A DNA stretch of 64,000 nt from Candidatus Latescibacterota bacterium (GTDB lineage: Bacteria; Latescibacterota; UBA2968; UBA8231), in assembly GCA_965203175.1 (NCBI GenBank), contig OZ241867.1, positions 3,136,001-3,200,000 of the forward strand, in the 5' to 3' direction. Under the pieces are notes generated by a model, which made no database searches, had not been told where the DNA came from, and saw only the letters and a list, made by a program, of their open reading frames with translations. Of the stretch, positions 1 to 7,872 are shown in pieces. Numbering within the stretch: position 1 is the stretch's first letter; each line of letters starts with the position of its first letter. The position numbers were made by a program, and so were the translations under genes.

Positions 1-231
1 TATATTTATCCTTCTTTTTGAGGGGGTTGACAAAACTACATAAAATCGTGATTTTGTCAAATTCTGAGGTTGATCCCATGCTAGGGATCCTCCTCTCAGC
101 ACTTGAGACTGCTGAGAGATGCCCATAATCTCGATAGTATGGACGAGTGGGATGAGTTTTTCTTCTTGGTGAATCTACCGACGTCTACTGCATCTCACGA
201 GTCAGCTAATAAGAATAGGATGGATGCAGGC

Positions 232-1005
232 ATGATTTTTGTGGAATGGTGTGATAATCAGTGTACCGACCTTGAAAGCAAGCAGTTATGGAGACTGACT
301 GAACGCCCTGGGGGTCGTACAGCGATTGCAGATCGGTTCCCCGATTTGATTCGTTCGCATTATGACAACCTAGAACGGATATCTGAAGACATTCGCGATC
401 TTGGTTATCCAAGTGCTGCCGCTCTCTTAGCGGAAAGATTGCCGCGGTCAAAGCGCGCCCGATCCGGCGAACTCGGCGAGATATTGGCTACCGAGCTTGT
501 CGAAGAAAAAATGGACTTTATCGTTCCGGTTCGACGTCTTCGCTACAAGGACGGTAGAGAGATGGCCTTGCGGGGTGATGATTTCATCGGCATCCGTATC
601 GATGAATCTGGAAACCTCGATCTTCTGAAAGGTGAGGCGAAGAGTCGGGCAGCTCTTGCAGAGCCGGTCATAGTCGAAGCGAGGAGGGCCTTATGTAGGA
701 ACAGTGGCAGACCAACAGCTACATCGCTCCTATTTATCGCGGATCGGCTTATGGAGAATGAAAGCGAGGAATCTGCTCTCGGTCGGATGATCCGCAATGA
801 AGTCGTTGCTCACGCTGTACCGCCGGCTCGCATCGATCATGCGTTGTTCACCATGTCGGGTAACGCAATGCCTCAGGCGCTGATCAAAGATTTTCAAAGT
901 GTTGATGGGGCCCATACTCATACCGTGATCCATCTGAGAATTGAGGATCACCAAGATTTCATAAGAATATCATACGAAGGAGCACTTACTCTTGGAGACA
1001 ATTGA
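232..1005 (+). CDS. hamA: Hachiman HamA-like (DUF1837) PD-(D/E)XK nuclease
   Basis: Motifs RSGELGEILA...RLRYKDGREMALRGDDFIG...LKGEAKSR; overlaps a downstream helicase-like gene. Start is uncertain (103, 220 or 232). Confidence 0.75.
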   Translation: MIFVEWCDNQCTDLESKQLWRLTERPGGRTAIADRFPDLIRSHYDNLERISEDIRDLGYPSAAALLAERLPRSKRARSGELGEILATELVEEKMDFIVPVRRLRYKDGREMALRGDDFIGIRIDESGNLDLLKGEAKSRAALAEPVIVEARRALCRNSGRPTATSLLFIADRLMENESEESALGRMIRNEVVAHAVPPARIDHALFTMSGNAMPQALIKDFQSVDGAHTHTVIHLRIEDHQDFIRISYEGALTLGDN

Positions 1006-1621
1006 AGAGTTGACGATTTTTCTGCAGAGAGCGACTGCGGAGGGCTATCGGGGACGCTTGCAAGCACGTGGCCAAGCACGAGCGCTCATCCGGCAGGATG
1101 GAGTGCTCCCAATCGGTTCCCCAGCCTTCGGCGAGACCATTGATACGGATCTCGCGGAGTATGGTTTTTCGCTACTTCGTGCATCATTGGCGTTGCGGGA
1201 AGCTGGTGGCGATTCAGAGGTCTGGCGGCGAGGCTTTGTGCGGGCGGGTAATGTCTTTGAAGCACTCGTACAGAATGATGCTCCCGAAGTAGTCTCTCGC
1301 GGTTTTTTTCGCGTTGTAGGTGCCGCTTCCTATCATCTTGCCGGTTACTCCGCATTGGCGTTTTCACTGATCTCTCAGGGACCGACGGACCGTAATCTCG
1401 CGCCAGCGGAGGAGGCACTTGTTTCCCTCATTACCCGCGATCTTGCTGCTTTGGGAGCACGTACAAGGGCATGGCTCCAAGATCCCGCTCATAGTGATGA
1501 GGCCATTACACTCGCAATTTCATCGGAGGAAATTGATCCCGACGATGTCATCATGCTCGTCGTCACCTCGACGATATTTCGGGCATTCGCGTTTTTTGAA
1601 TTCGCCCTCCAAACAGGTGCC
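992..1621 (+). pseudogene. 5' fragment of HamB-like DEAD/DEAH helicase, truncated by IS1-family element
   Basis: N-terminus (RGRLQARGQARALIRQDGVLP, AASYHLAGYSALAFSL) resembles DUF1837-coupled helicases. The frame runs into the IS terminal repeat at 1622 before any helicase motif appears. RBS GAAGGAG precedes TTG 992. Confidence 0.65.
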
Positions 1622-2851
1622 GGTCGTAGCTTGTGATTATCTCAGTCCAACCGGACAAAGTCGCATGAGTTCCAGAGAGGAATAGAGATGATCGGCGATG
1701 CCGGCGGCCATCGCCGGACTCCTGTGTTGCCATCGGCCTTCTTGCGTCGGCTGTCGCAAGGACCGATGCGGATGATGAAAATTGTAGCGCACCGCACCAA
1801 TCCAACTGAGGGCATCATGCCGATCCGTCCGACGCGAAAAGTGCAGGGTTTTGCGCCCCTTTCGTGCGTTGCGCATCCGATCGGTCAGGTTGAACCGCTC
1901 AATGGCGCTGGTGTTGGCTTTCGTCCAGCCCAAATCGGCTACGACTTGGGCCAATTTGCCCTTGCCAAAGATCGGTCGGACTTCCATCTGTTGGATCCGC
2001 CCCCCTTGCCGATGTTTGACAATCTGGGCATACACCAGCGCTTGGGGGATCCGCACCACCGGGGCCGGGGGTCGGCCGCGGGGGCCTCGACGCGGCACGG
2101 GATAGGCCCGACCAAAGGTAGCTACAATCGCTTCGCGATAGGTCGGTTCGCCATCGGTAAACAGCGCCGGCAGCCCCGCCTTGGCAGCCAGCCGCTCGGC
2201 CGCGTCGGCCACCACTTGGTGAATCGTGCGGGTCGTACGGCGTCCAGGCACCAGCGATACCAGCAGTTTGCTCTGCGGATCCAAGCTGTTGGCATCCCAA
2301 TAATCCCCCCGTTCACTCGGATCGTCCATCGGCGTCATGTGCCGTTGTTTTTTGGCCACATACGACCATTTCTCATCAAACTGGAGGGCCGCTGGATGCA
2401 CGTTACGAACCAGCCGATCATGCAGTTGATAGCTGATCCGGCCCCCCACGCGCAGCAGACGACCAACCGCATCCTTGGATACCCCCACCAAGCGCGCCGT
2501 GGCATTCAAGCCACAGGCACTATCCAGATGCTCCATCACCGACACGGCTTGCGCCTCGCTGATCTTGCAGTTAAACAACGCCGTGCCTTTGCGCTCGCTA
2601 AATTCCTCGCCGCAGCACCGACAGCGCAGATAGCGAATCCGATCCGCCCCATAGATCTTGCGCACCCGCAGGTTGGCTTGGCCGCGTTGGCCGTAGGTCT
2701 TGCATTGGGTATTGAGACAGCACAAATTCTCCAACGCTGGTCTTGGCTCTTGCATCTTTATCCCTCCTTGCTTGGCGGTTTGGAGAGATAAATAAAGAGC
2801 ACAAGGCCAGCACTAGACCTAACTGGTCTGAGATAATCTCACGTTACGACC
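1622..2851 (-). mobile_element. IS1-family insertion sequence, ~1230 bp
   Basis: Terminal inverted repeats GGTCGTAGCTTGTGATTATCTCAGTCCA (1622-1649) and revcomp GGTCGTAACGTGAGATTATCTCAGACCA (2824-2851), 24/28 identical. No flanking direct repeat. Confidence 0.85.
1637..2755 (-). CDS. IS1-family single-ORF transposase
   Basis: N-terminal Cys zinc ribbon (C..C...CRCC), HTH, and DDE-type motifs FDEKW / FTDG / IERFN, plus C-terminal YNF...H.SL...SPAMAAG. Confidence 0.85.
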   Translation of the reverse strand: MQEPRPALENLCCLNTQCKTYGQRGQANLRVRKIYGADRIRYLRCRCCGEEFSERKGTALFNCKISEAQAVSVMEHLDSACGLNATARLVGVSKDAVGRLLRVGGRISYQLHDRLVRNVHPAALQFDEKWSYVAKKQRHMTPMDDPSERGDYWDANSLDPQSKLLVSLVPGRRTTRTIHQVVADAAERLAAKAGLPALFTDGEPTYREAIVATFGRAYPVPRRGPRGRPPAPVVRIPQALVYAQIVKHRQGGRIQQMEVRPIFGKGKLAQVVADLGWTKANTSAIERFNLTDRMRNARKGRKTLHFSRRTDRHDALSWIGAVRYNFHHPHRSLRQPTQEGRWQHRSPAMAAGIADHLYSSLELMRLCPVGLR

Positions 2852-3159
2852 TCATCTTCTAGGGATGCGGATTGAAAAAGGGGGATAGCAAATTTCATGG
2901 GTAACAGTTTTGTCGGTTCACATAAACCGTTTTCTCGCATAAACTTTTCAGCACGATCCATCAGCTTCTGCTGATTTTCCCATCGTGTATATTTCAGCTT
3001 GTCTTCAACAATACCCATGCCCTGTTCAAGAGATCCTGAAATAAAACGAGCGATAAATGCACCAAATTTATTACCGCTTTCAATCGCTTGGCCTGATGTT
3101 TTGGCTAACTCCTGTGCTGCTTTGGCTGTTTCCTTGATAGCTTCAGTCTCTTCAGACAT
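2852..3159 (-). pseudogene. 5' fragment of DUF4393/Abi-alpha-like protein, truncated by IS1 element
   Basis: Sequence ...PMKFAIPLFQSASLEDE stops at the IS end; low GC; RBS GGAG; lies directly after an attC-like site. Confidence 0.6.
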
Positions 3160-3215
3160 CAATAACTCCTTTATTTCTTAAGCTACCTGTTCCGTCTACT
3201 CGGTTAAATCACATC

Positions 3216-3305
3216 ATATAACGTTGTGCGGGTTGATGAACTCCGAAGGGATGACCTATTAGGACCAAGCGGCGAAGGCCACGCAGCATTAACCTGCTGT
3301 TAAGC
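3216..3305 (-). other. attC-like integron recombination site
   Basis: Minus strand reads GCTTAACAGCAGGTTAATG...CATCAACCCGCACAACGTTATAT (RYYYAAC...GTT ends, imperfect palindrome), starting 10 bp after the stop codon at 3316. Confidence 0.65.
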
Positions 3306-3315
3306 GATGGCTACG

Positions 3316-3681
3316 TCAAATATCCTCAATGACGTCTGGCTCAGGCATCTGTGCAAATTGGACGGCCTTGATCGTCGTAGCCCCTTCGAGCAAGGCTCGA
3401 GCCAGACGGTGACCGCCGTCCATCAGACGACCATTCTCGTTTATAACAACGGGAAATTCGGTGTTAGCCTCGTTGATCCGTTTGCAGTGAGCGGCCACCT
3501 CTCGGATGGTCGGCGTATGACCCGTGCTAAACCAGCAGTCCTGGTCCAGTTCCTGAAAACTCTCCACCTCGGCTTCAAATTCAGGTAGTTCTTGGGCTAG
3601 CTCCCATAGTCGATCCGTGTACCAGATGTACCGCTTGCCCTTGATTTCCGTCGAGTGGGTTTGTCGTCTACGCCTCTGCAA
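3316..3681 (-). CDS. Small ParB/Srx-like domain protein (gene cassette)
   Basis: PVVINENGRLMDGGHRLARA motif; RBS AGGAG before TTG; flanked by two attC-like sites. Confidence 0.7.
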   Translation of the reverse strand: MQRRRRQTHSTEIKGKRYIWYTDRLWELAQELPEFEAEVESFQELDQDCWFSTGHTPTIREVAAHCKRINEANTEFPVVINENGRLMDGGHRLARALLEGATTIKAVQFAQMPEPDVIEDI

Positions 3682-3703
3682 TGCTTCTCTCCTTTTGGCT
3701 TGC

Positions 3704-3843
3704 GCTTAACGAACAAGCACCCCGATGTGGCCACGCTCACTACTGGACTAACACCGTGCGAAGCACCCCGGCATCCGAACAGAATCGGCACGGTCATATG
3801 GGCTTGAGAGGGGCTGGGTTGCGCTCGGGATGCGTAGTTAAGC
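3704..3843 (-). other. attC-like integron recombination site (140 bp)
   Basis: Perfectly complementary ends GCTTAAC...GTTAAGC with inner arms GCATCCCGA / TCGGGGTGC, ~20 bp after the stop codon at 3863. Confidence 0.75.
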
Positions 3844-3862
3844 GTTGGTGGGCCGGCTTCAT

Positions 3863-4333
3863 CTAGCCGACTCGGGACTTAACGTCCTTTGCGAGGCGAC
3901 CTCTTGGTGTGACCGCAGTTTTTGTGTTATCAGCCAGTGTCTGGTAGTCCCTGCTCTTTCTGAAGGAGTACTCTACAAACAAGACCTGTGTCTTCTCTTG
4001 CTTGAACGCCCTTCCTATTGCACCAGTCACAGAGCCGACAATGAAGCTGAACTTGATTCCGGGGATGTAGAAGACATGGCTATGATGCCCCGGATACTTC
4101 TTATGCGTAGGAAAGGCCATGATGGGGATGGTGTCTTCATCGCCATCTACATAAACAACGAGATAAATCTTGGACGGAGAACCTGTCTCTCCCAAGAGGA
4201 ATCTCCGTAGCTCCTCCTGGTACTTCCCTCCTAGGGAACCTCGTGTCTTGCCTATGGAGTCAGGCCACTTGCCCGCAGATGCACGCCAGATGACGCTTGC
4301 GCCGAAGTAGAGATATACGTCAGAGTTCAGATC
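3863..4333 (-). pseudogene. 3' fragment of hypothetical cassette gene, 5' part removed at IS end
   Basis: The frame of ORF 3863..4195 stays open upstream (DLNSDVYLYFGASVIWRAS...YQEELRRFLLGE) exactly to the IS5 terminal repeat at 4334. Confidence 0.65.
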
Positions 4334-5493
4334 GGCGTTGTTGCATGAAAGCTGTGTTCGGGTCTTGAAATGAGTCAGGCTCTTCGGTTAGATTGGTTCG
4401 TGGTTTCCAGCAAGAAACACGTTCCTTTCTTCCCAAAGAGCCTGTGATGAGCAAAGTATCTGGCAGTTCGCCCTCGGTCAAGTCGCAACCGGTGTATCGG
4501 GTTAAGAATTGGTCGTCGTATAATCGGGCGTTGGTGGCTCGTGGTAGCCTGACGGTGTGGCTGGACGATGGTCTGTGGAAGCAATGGTATGCTCAGGGGC
4601 CATCGCAACGGGGTGCTCAGTTTGTCTATTCGGATCCAGCGATTGAATGGATGTTGACGATGCGGGTGTTGCTTGGGTTGCCGTTGCGCCAGACGCAGGG
4701 GTTTATCCAATCGCTGTTGGACTTGATGGGGTTGGCCTTGGCCGTGCCGGACTACTCGACCTTGTCGCGTCGCCAAGGGGCCTTGGCGGTGGAGTTGCCG
4801 AAAAAGCAGCCCGATAGCCCGGCTAGCCCGATGCACTTGGTAGTGGATTCGACGGGTTTGAAAGTCTATGGCGAGGGCGAGAGGAAAGTCCGTCAACACG
4901 GCTGGACCAAACGGCGCACGTGGCGCAAACTGCATGTGGGGGTCAACGAGGCCACCGGCGAGGTGGTCGCGCAGACGTTGACGTCCCATCGGATCGATGA
5001 TGCCTCGCAGGTGGCCCCTCTGTTGACCCAAGTCGACGAGGCGGTGGAGGCGGTAGGCGGCGATGGGGCCTATGACAAACAGAAGGTGTTCGACGCCTTG
5101 GCCACGCGGAGTGATCCCTCGATTCGGCCGATCATCGCACTGCGCAAAGACGCTACAATCCATCAGCATGGTAATTGTAAGGTCCCCCCGTTGGCGCGCG
5201 ATGAAATCCTGCGGGCCATACGACGAAAGGGACGCAAGGAGTGGAAACAGGCCAGTGGCTATCATCGACGCTCGTTGGCCGAAACGCAAATCTATCGCTA
5301 TAAGCACCTCATCGGCGACAAGCTGAAGGCGCGTAGCTGGATCAACCAACAGGTCGAAAGTCGCCTCGGCTGTGCCCTCCTCAATCGAATGATCCATGTG
5401 GGCAAACCCCAGTCGTATCGAGTAGAAAAAATCAACTGAACAAAAAACAACATTCGACAATGATGCCCCAGATATGATTCATGCAACAACGCC
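4334..5493 (+). mobile_element. IS5-family (IS903-like) insertion sequence, ~1160 bp
   Basis: Perfect 16-bp terminal inverted repeats GGCGTTGTTGCATGAA (4334-4349) / TTCATGCAACAACGCC (5478-5493). No target duplication. Confidence 0.9.
4447..5439 (+). CDS. IS5-family transposase
   Basis: NWSSYNRALVARGSLTVW, PDYSTLSRR, DSTGLK, WRKLH, DGAYD, GYHRRSLAET motifs. Confidence 0.92.
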   Translation: MSKVSGSSPSVKSQPVYRVKNWSSYNRALVARGSLTVWLDDGLWKQWYAQGPSQRGAQFVYSDPAIEWMLTMRVLLGLPLRQTQGFIQSLLDLMGLALAVPDYSTLSRRQGALAVELPKKQPDSPASPMHLVVDSTGLKVYGEGERKVRQHGWTKRRTWRKLHVGVNEATGEVVAQTLTSHRIDDASQVAPLLTQVDEAVEAVGGDGAYDKQKVFDALATRSDPSIRPIIALRKDATIHQHGNCKVPPLARDEILRAIRRKGRKEWKQASGYHRRSLAETQIYRYKHLIGDKLKARSWINQQVESRLGCALLNRMIHVGKPQSYRVEKIN

Positions 5494-5604
5494 CCTTCCG
5501 ACATAAACTTCGCCGTCTTTAGTAAAGCGGCATTCTAGCTTTTCACCGTCTTTCAGCAGCCCAACATCAATGAGGTTTGATAAAGTTATGCGCTTCTTAG
5601 CCAT
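5494..5604 (-). pseudogene. 5' fragment of RAMA/DUF4357-like domain gene truncated by IS5 element
   Basis: Manual translation MAKKRITLSNLIDVGLLKDGEKLECRFTKDGEVYVGR runs into the IS end; the L..LI..GLL..GE.L pattern resembles RAMA domains. Confidence 0.45.
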
Positions 5605-5738
5605 AGAAAGTCTTCCTGATGTTTACTCCAAACAAACGCCCAGTCATAGCTGCTAATAAAAAGTTATGCGTCGTCAAATGCAACCACTGCGGGCGCAATT
5701 TTGTAGGGCGATAGCGCGGAGCTGTACCGCGTCCCAAT

Positions 5739-5866
5739 CTCAATTTTGCGAATGATCGTCCTCTTCTCGCTTGGGAGCGGGGTCTATCTGCGGGCCGTCC
5801 TCGGCATCGCGCATGGCGTCGCGGGCGGCGTGGAAGCGGCGGATGCGCTCGACGAAGGCGATGATC
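5739..5866 (-). repeat. Orphan duplicate of the 3' end of gene 7594..7872 (direct repeat of 7593-7720)
   Basis: Ungapped 128-bp alignment, 113/128 identical by manual count; encodes ...RIRRFHAARDAMRDAEDGPQIDPAPKREEDDHSQN*. Confidence 0.9.
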
Positions 5867-6991
5867 CTACGCTTCGTCGTGGATGACCTCAGTGATGCGG
5901 GCGTTGAGCAACTTCCATCGCTGGCCGACTCGTTCGAGATCGCCCTCCATTACAATAGGTTCCCTAGCTTGGTGGGCCTGAACGGCCCGTCCGTAGTCGG
6001 AGTGTTGTAGGACGGCGGTGACGGATTGGTTTTGGCCATCTATATACGCTTGCAGCGCAATCGTTCCGTCGGCTTCCGATTCGTCGCGCTTCATTCGCTG
6101 CACAAAACCAAATAGACGCACATTGGGTTCTGGCTCTCGTGCCCGCAGCAACCGCGCAGCCTCGCGCAGGATAGGCGCATCGCCCTCGGTGAATTGGACG
6201 GTATCTCGTACGGTATGCGTCGGGCGGGTTTGCGCCCAAACTACACTGATGTCCAGGGTTGGAAAGGGGCCGATGAGTTTGACGAGAGACTCGCACAAGT
6301 TGGCACTAACGCCATTGCCTACCGAGCCGAGAAAGAACCCCATATCCCCCCTAGTAGCGCTCTCGGTGGCCTCATGCGTCGTCCGCAATGCACCGACGAG
6401 GCGCTTGGTCACTTTCCGCTCTATCGGGTCGTCGTCCGAGGGCCAATTAGCGGAGAGAGATGCCTGCATTGGCGGGGGCACTACCGGGGACAACAGCGCC
6501 ACGACAAAGCTACCCTGTTCGGTTTGTCCCAAGCGCACCCGATCTAAGTAGTCACTGGCCTCTTTGTTTGCGCCAGGGCGATAGATAGGGCGCGGATCCT
6601 TAAGCGAGCAGGCCGCGGCGAGCAGCAGGTCGCGTGCTCCGTCCATAAGGTTGACGCCGTCATTTACTGACACAGTGCCTGCGCGGTCGCCCTCGGTAGC
6701 TCGCACCCGGATCACGTCGCGGTCGGCGGTGACCAAGTCGCGGTATAGTGCGAGTTCATCCCTTTCCGCGGCAGCGGTGAAGATCTCAATGAGGCGCGAT
6801 ACGACGTTGGCGTAGTCGCCGAGGCTCTGCGTTCGGGGCAGGATAATCTCTGGCAGGCCGGTTGCCTGATATACGTCAGAGTGATCGCCAAAGGCTTCTA
6901 TTTTCTTCCAGCCAGCGGCGCGGGCGTAGGCCGATAGGGCAGCGGGGGAAACGGCCAGTAAGGCTTCTTTGTCGCGGATGTGGACTTTCAT
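5867..6991 (-). CDS. Hypothetical protein, DUF4365 partner
   Basis: 374-aa ORF with 4-bp ATGA overlap to the upstream gene; GQTEQGSFVV motif. Confidence 0.85.
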   Translation of the reverse strand: MKVHIRDKEALLAVSPAALSAYARAAGWKKIEAFGDHSDVYQATGLPEIILPRTQSLGDYANVVSRLIEIFTAAAERDELALYRDLVTADRDVIRVRATEGDRAGTVSVNDGVNLMDGARDLLLAAACSLKDPRPIYRPGANKEASDYLDRVRLGQTEQGSFVVALLSPVVPPPMQASLSANWPSDDDPIERKVTKRLVGALRTTHEATESATRGDMGFFLGSVGNGVSANLCESLVKLIGPFPTLDISVVWAQTRPTHTVRDTVQFTEGDAPILREAARLLRAREPEPNVRLFGFVQRMKRDESEADGTIALQAYIDGQNQSVTAVLQHSDYGRAVQAHQAREPIVMEGDLERVGQRWKLLNARITEVIHDEA

Positions 6992-7488
6992 TGGAGCTTT
7001 CCTCCCCTCGATTGTTCCATCAAACGGCGGAGACTATCGACGTTGAACAGATTCTCGGTCGGAATTGGCACGGTGACCGATGACTGGTTTGTCGTCTCCT
7101 GAAATCCTCTCAGATTCAGCCAATAGGCTCGATGTCTCAGGATGAGTTCAGCGGTAGTGATCGTCATCCACTGAGCTTCATCGTTCGGCAAGTCCAGCAC
7201 CATGAGTATTCGCGGCGTCTGCGTCTCGCCCCGCAGTAAGTCGTAATTGCGACGATTAAGTGGGAAGCGAAAATAACCGTCATGGGACTGGCCAAGATTG
7301 ATTGTCGCCTTCAACTGAAGCTCAAGGGCTGGTCGCTCCGCCCCGCCAGCTTGGATTCGCAGATCGACGCCGTCTCGATCAAAGTCATAGTTGGCCGTGA
7401 GATAGCCAGCGCGGGCGGCAACAGCCTGTGCATAGACCCGAGATAAGGCTTCTTCTTGGTCGGGAACCGTCAGTAATAGGTCAGGCAT
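6988..7488 (-). CDS. DUF4365-family PD-(D/E)XK nuclease-like protein
   Basis: EALSRVYAQAVAARAG...DRDGVDL...LELQLKAT...NYDLLR...PRILMVL...AYWLNLRG. Confidence 0.8.
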   Translation of the reverse strand: MPDLLLTVPDQEEALSRVYAQAVAARAGYLTANYDFDRDGVDLRIQAGGAERPALELQLKATINLGQSHDGYFRFPLNRRNYDLLRGETQTPRILMVLDLPNDEAQWMTITTAELILRHRAYWLNLRGFQETTNQSSVTVPIPTENLFNVDSLRRLMEQSRGGKLQ

Positions 7489-7593
7489 AGGGCGGTCTCA
7501 CGGCGGCCTATAGTGAAAATGTGGCCATTCCGATGGACTTTCTCAAGGGTTGCCCGTTTGCAAAAGCTGGAGCAGAAGGCGGTAACTACGAGC

Positions 7594-7872
7594 TCAATTT
7601 TGCGAGTGATCATCCTCTTCGCGCTTGGGAGCGGAGCCTATCTGCGGGCCGTCCTCGGCATCGCGCAGGGCGTTGCGGGCGTCGTGGAAGCGGCGGATGC
7701 GCCGCACGAAAATGAAGATCAGGCCCGCCAGTGCTACGTAGAGCAAGTACTGATAGATCGGCTCAGTCCAGCCCAGCACTACAGGCCAGAGGCTGGCGAT
7801 GCAGAGCAAAATAAAAATATCTTCGATCAGCTTGTGCCTTTTTTCGCGCTTCTCTTCTGGTTCAGACATCAT
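7594..7872 (-). CDS. Small two-TM membrane protein
   Basis: 92 aa with two hydrophobic segments; overlaps the slt stop codon. Confidence 0.75.
   Translation of the reverse strand: MMSEPEEKREKRHKLIEDIFILLCIASLWPVVLGWTEPIYQYLLYVALAGLIFIFVRRIRRFHDARNALRDAEDGPQIGSAPKREEDDHSQN

Noticed and set aside
1688-2791. 367-aa plus-strand ORF
   Set aside because: Antisense shadow of the IS1 transposase; no recognisable motifs.
4375-5460. 361-aa minus-strand ORF
   Set aside because: Antisense shadow of the IS5 transposase.
5620-5670. GCATAAC box on the minus strand upstream of the RAMA-like fragment, as a third attC
   Set aside because: No complementary arm or matching GTTRRRY end is visible; at most a remnant.
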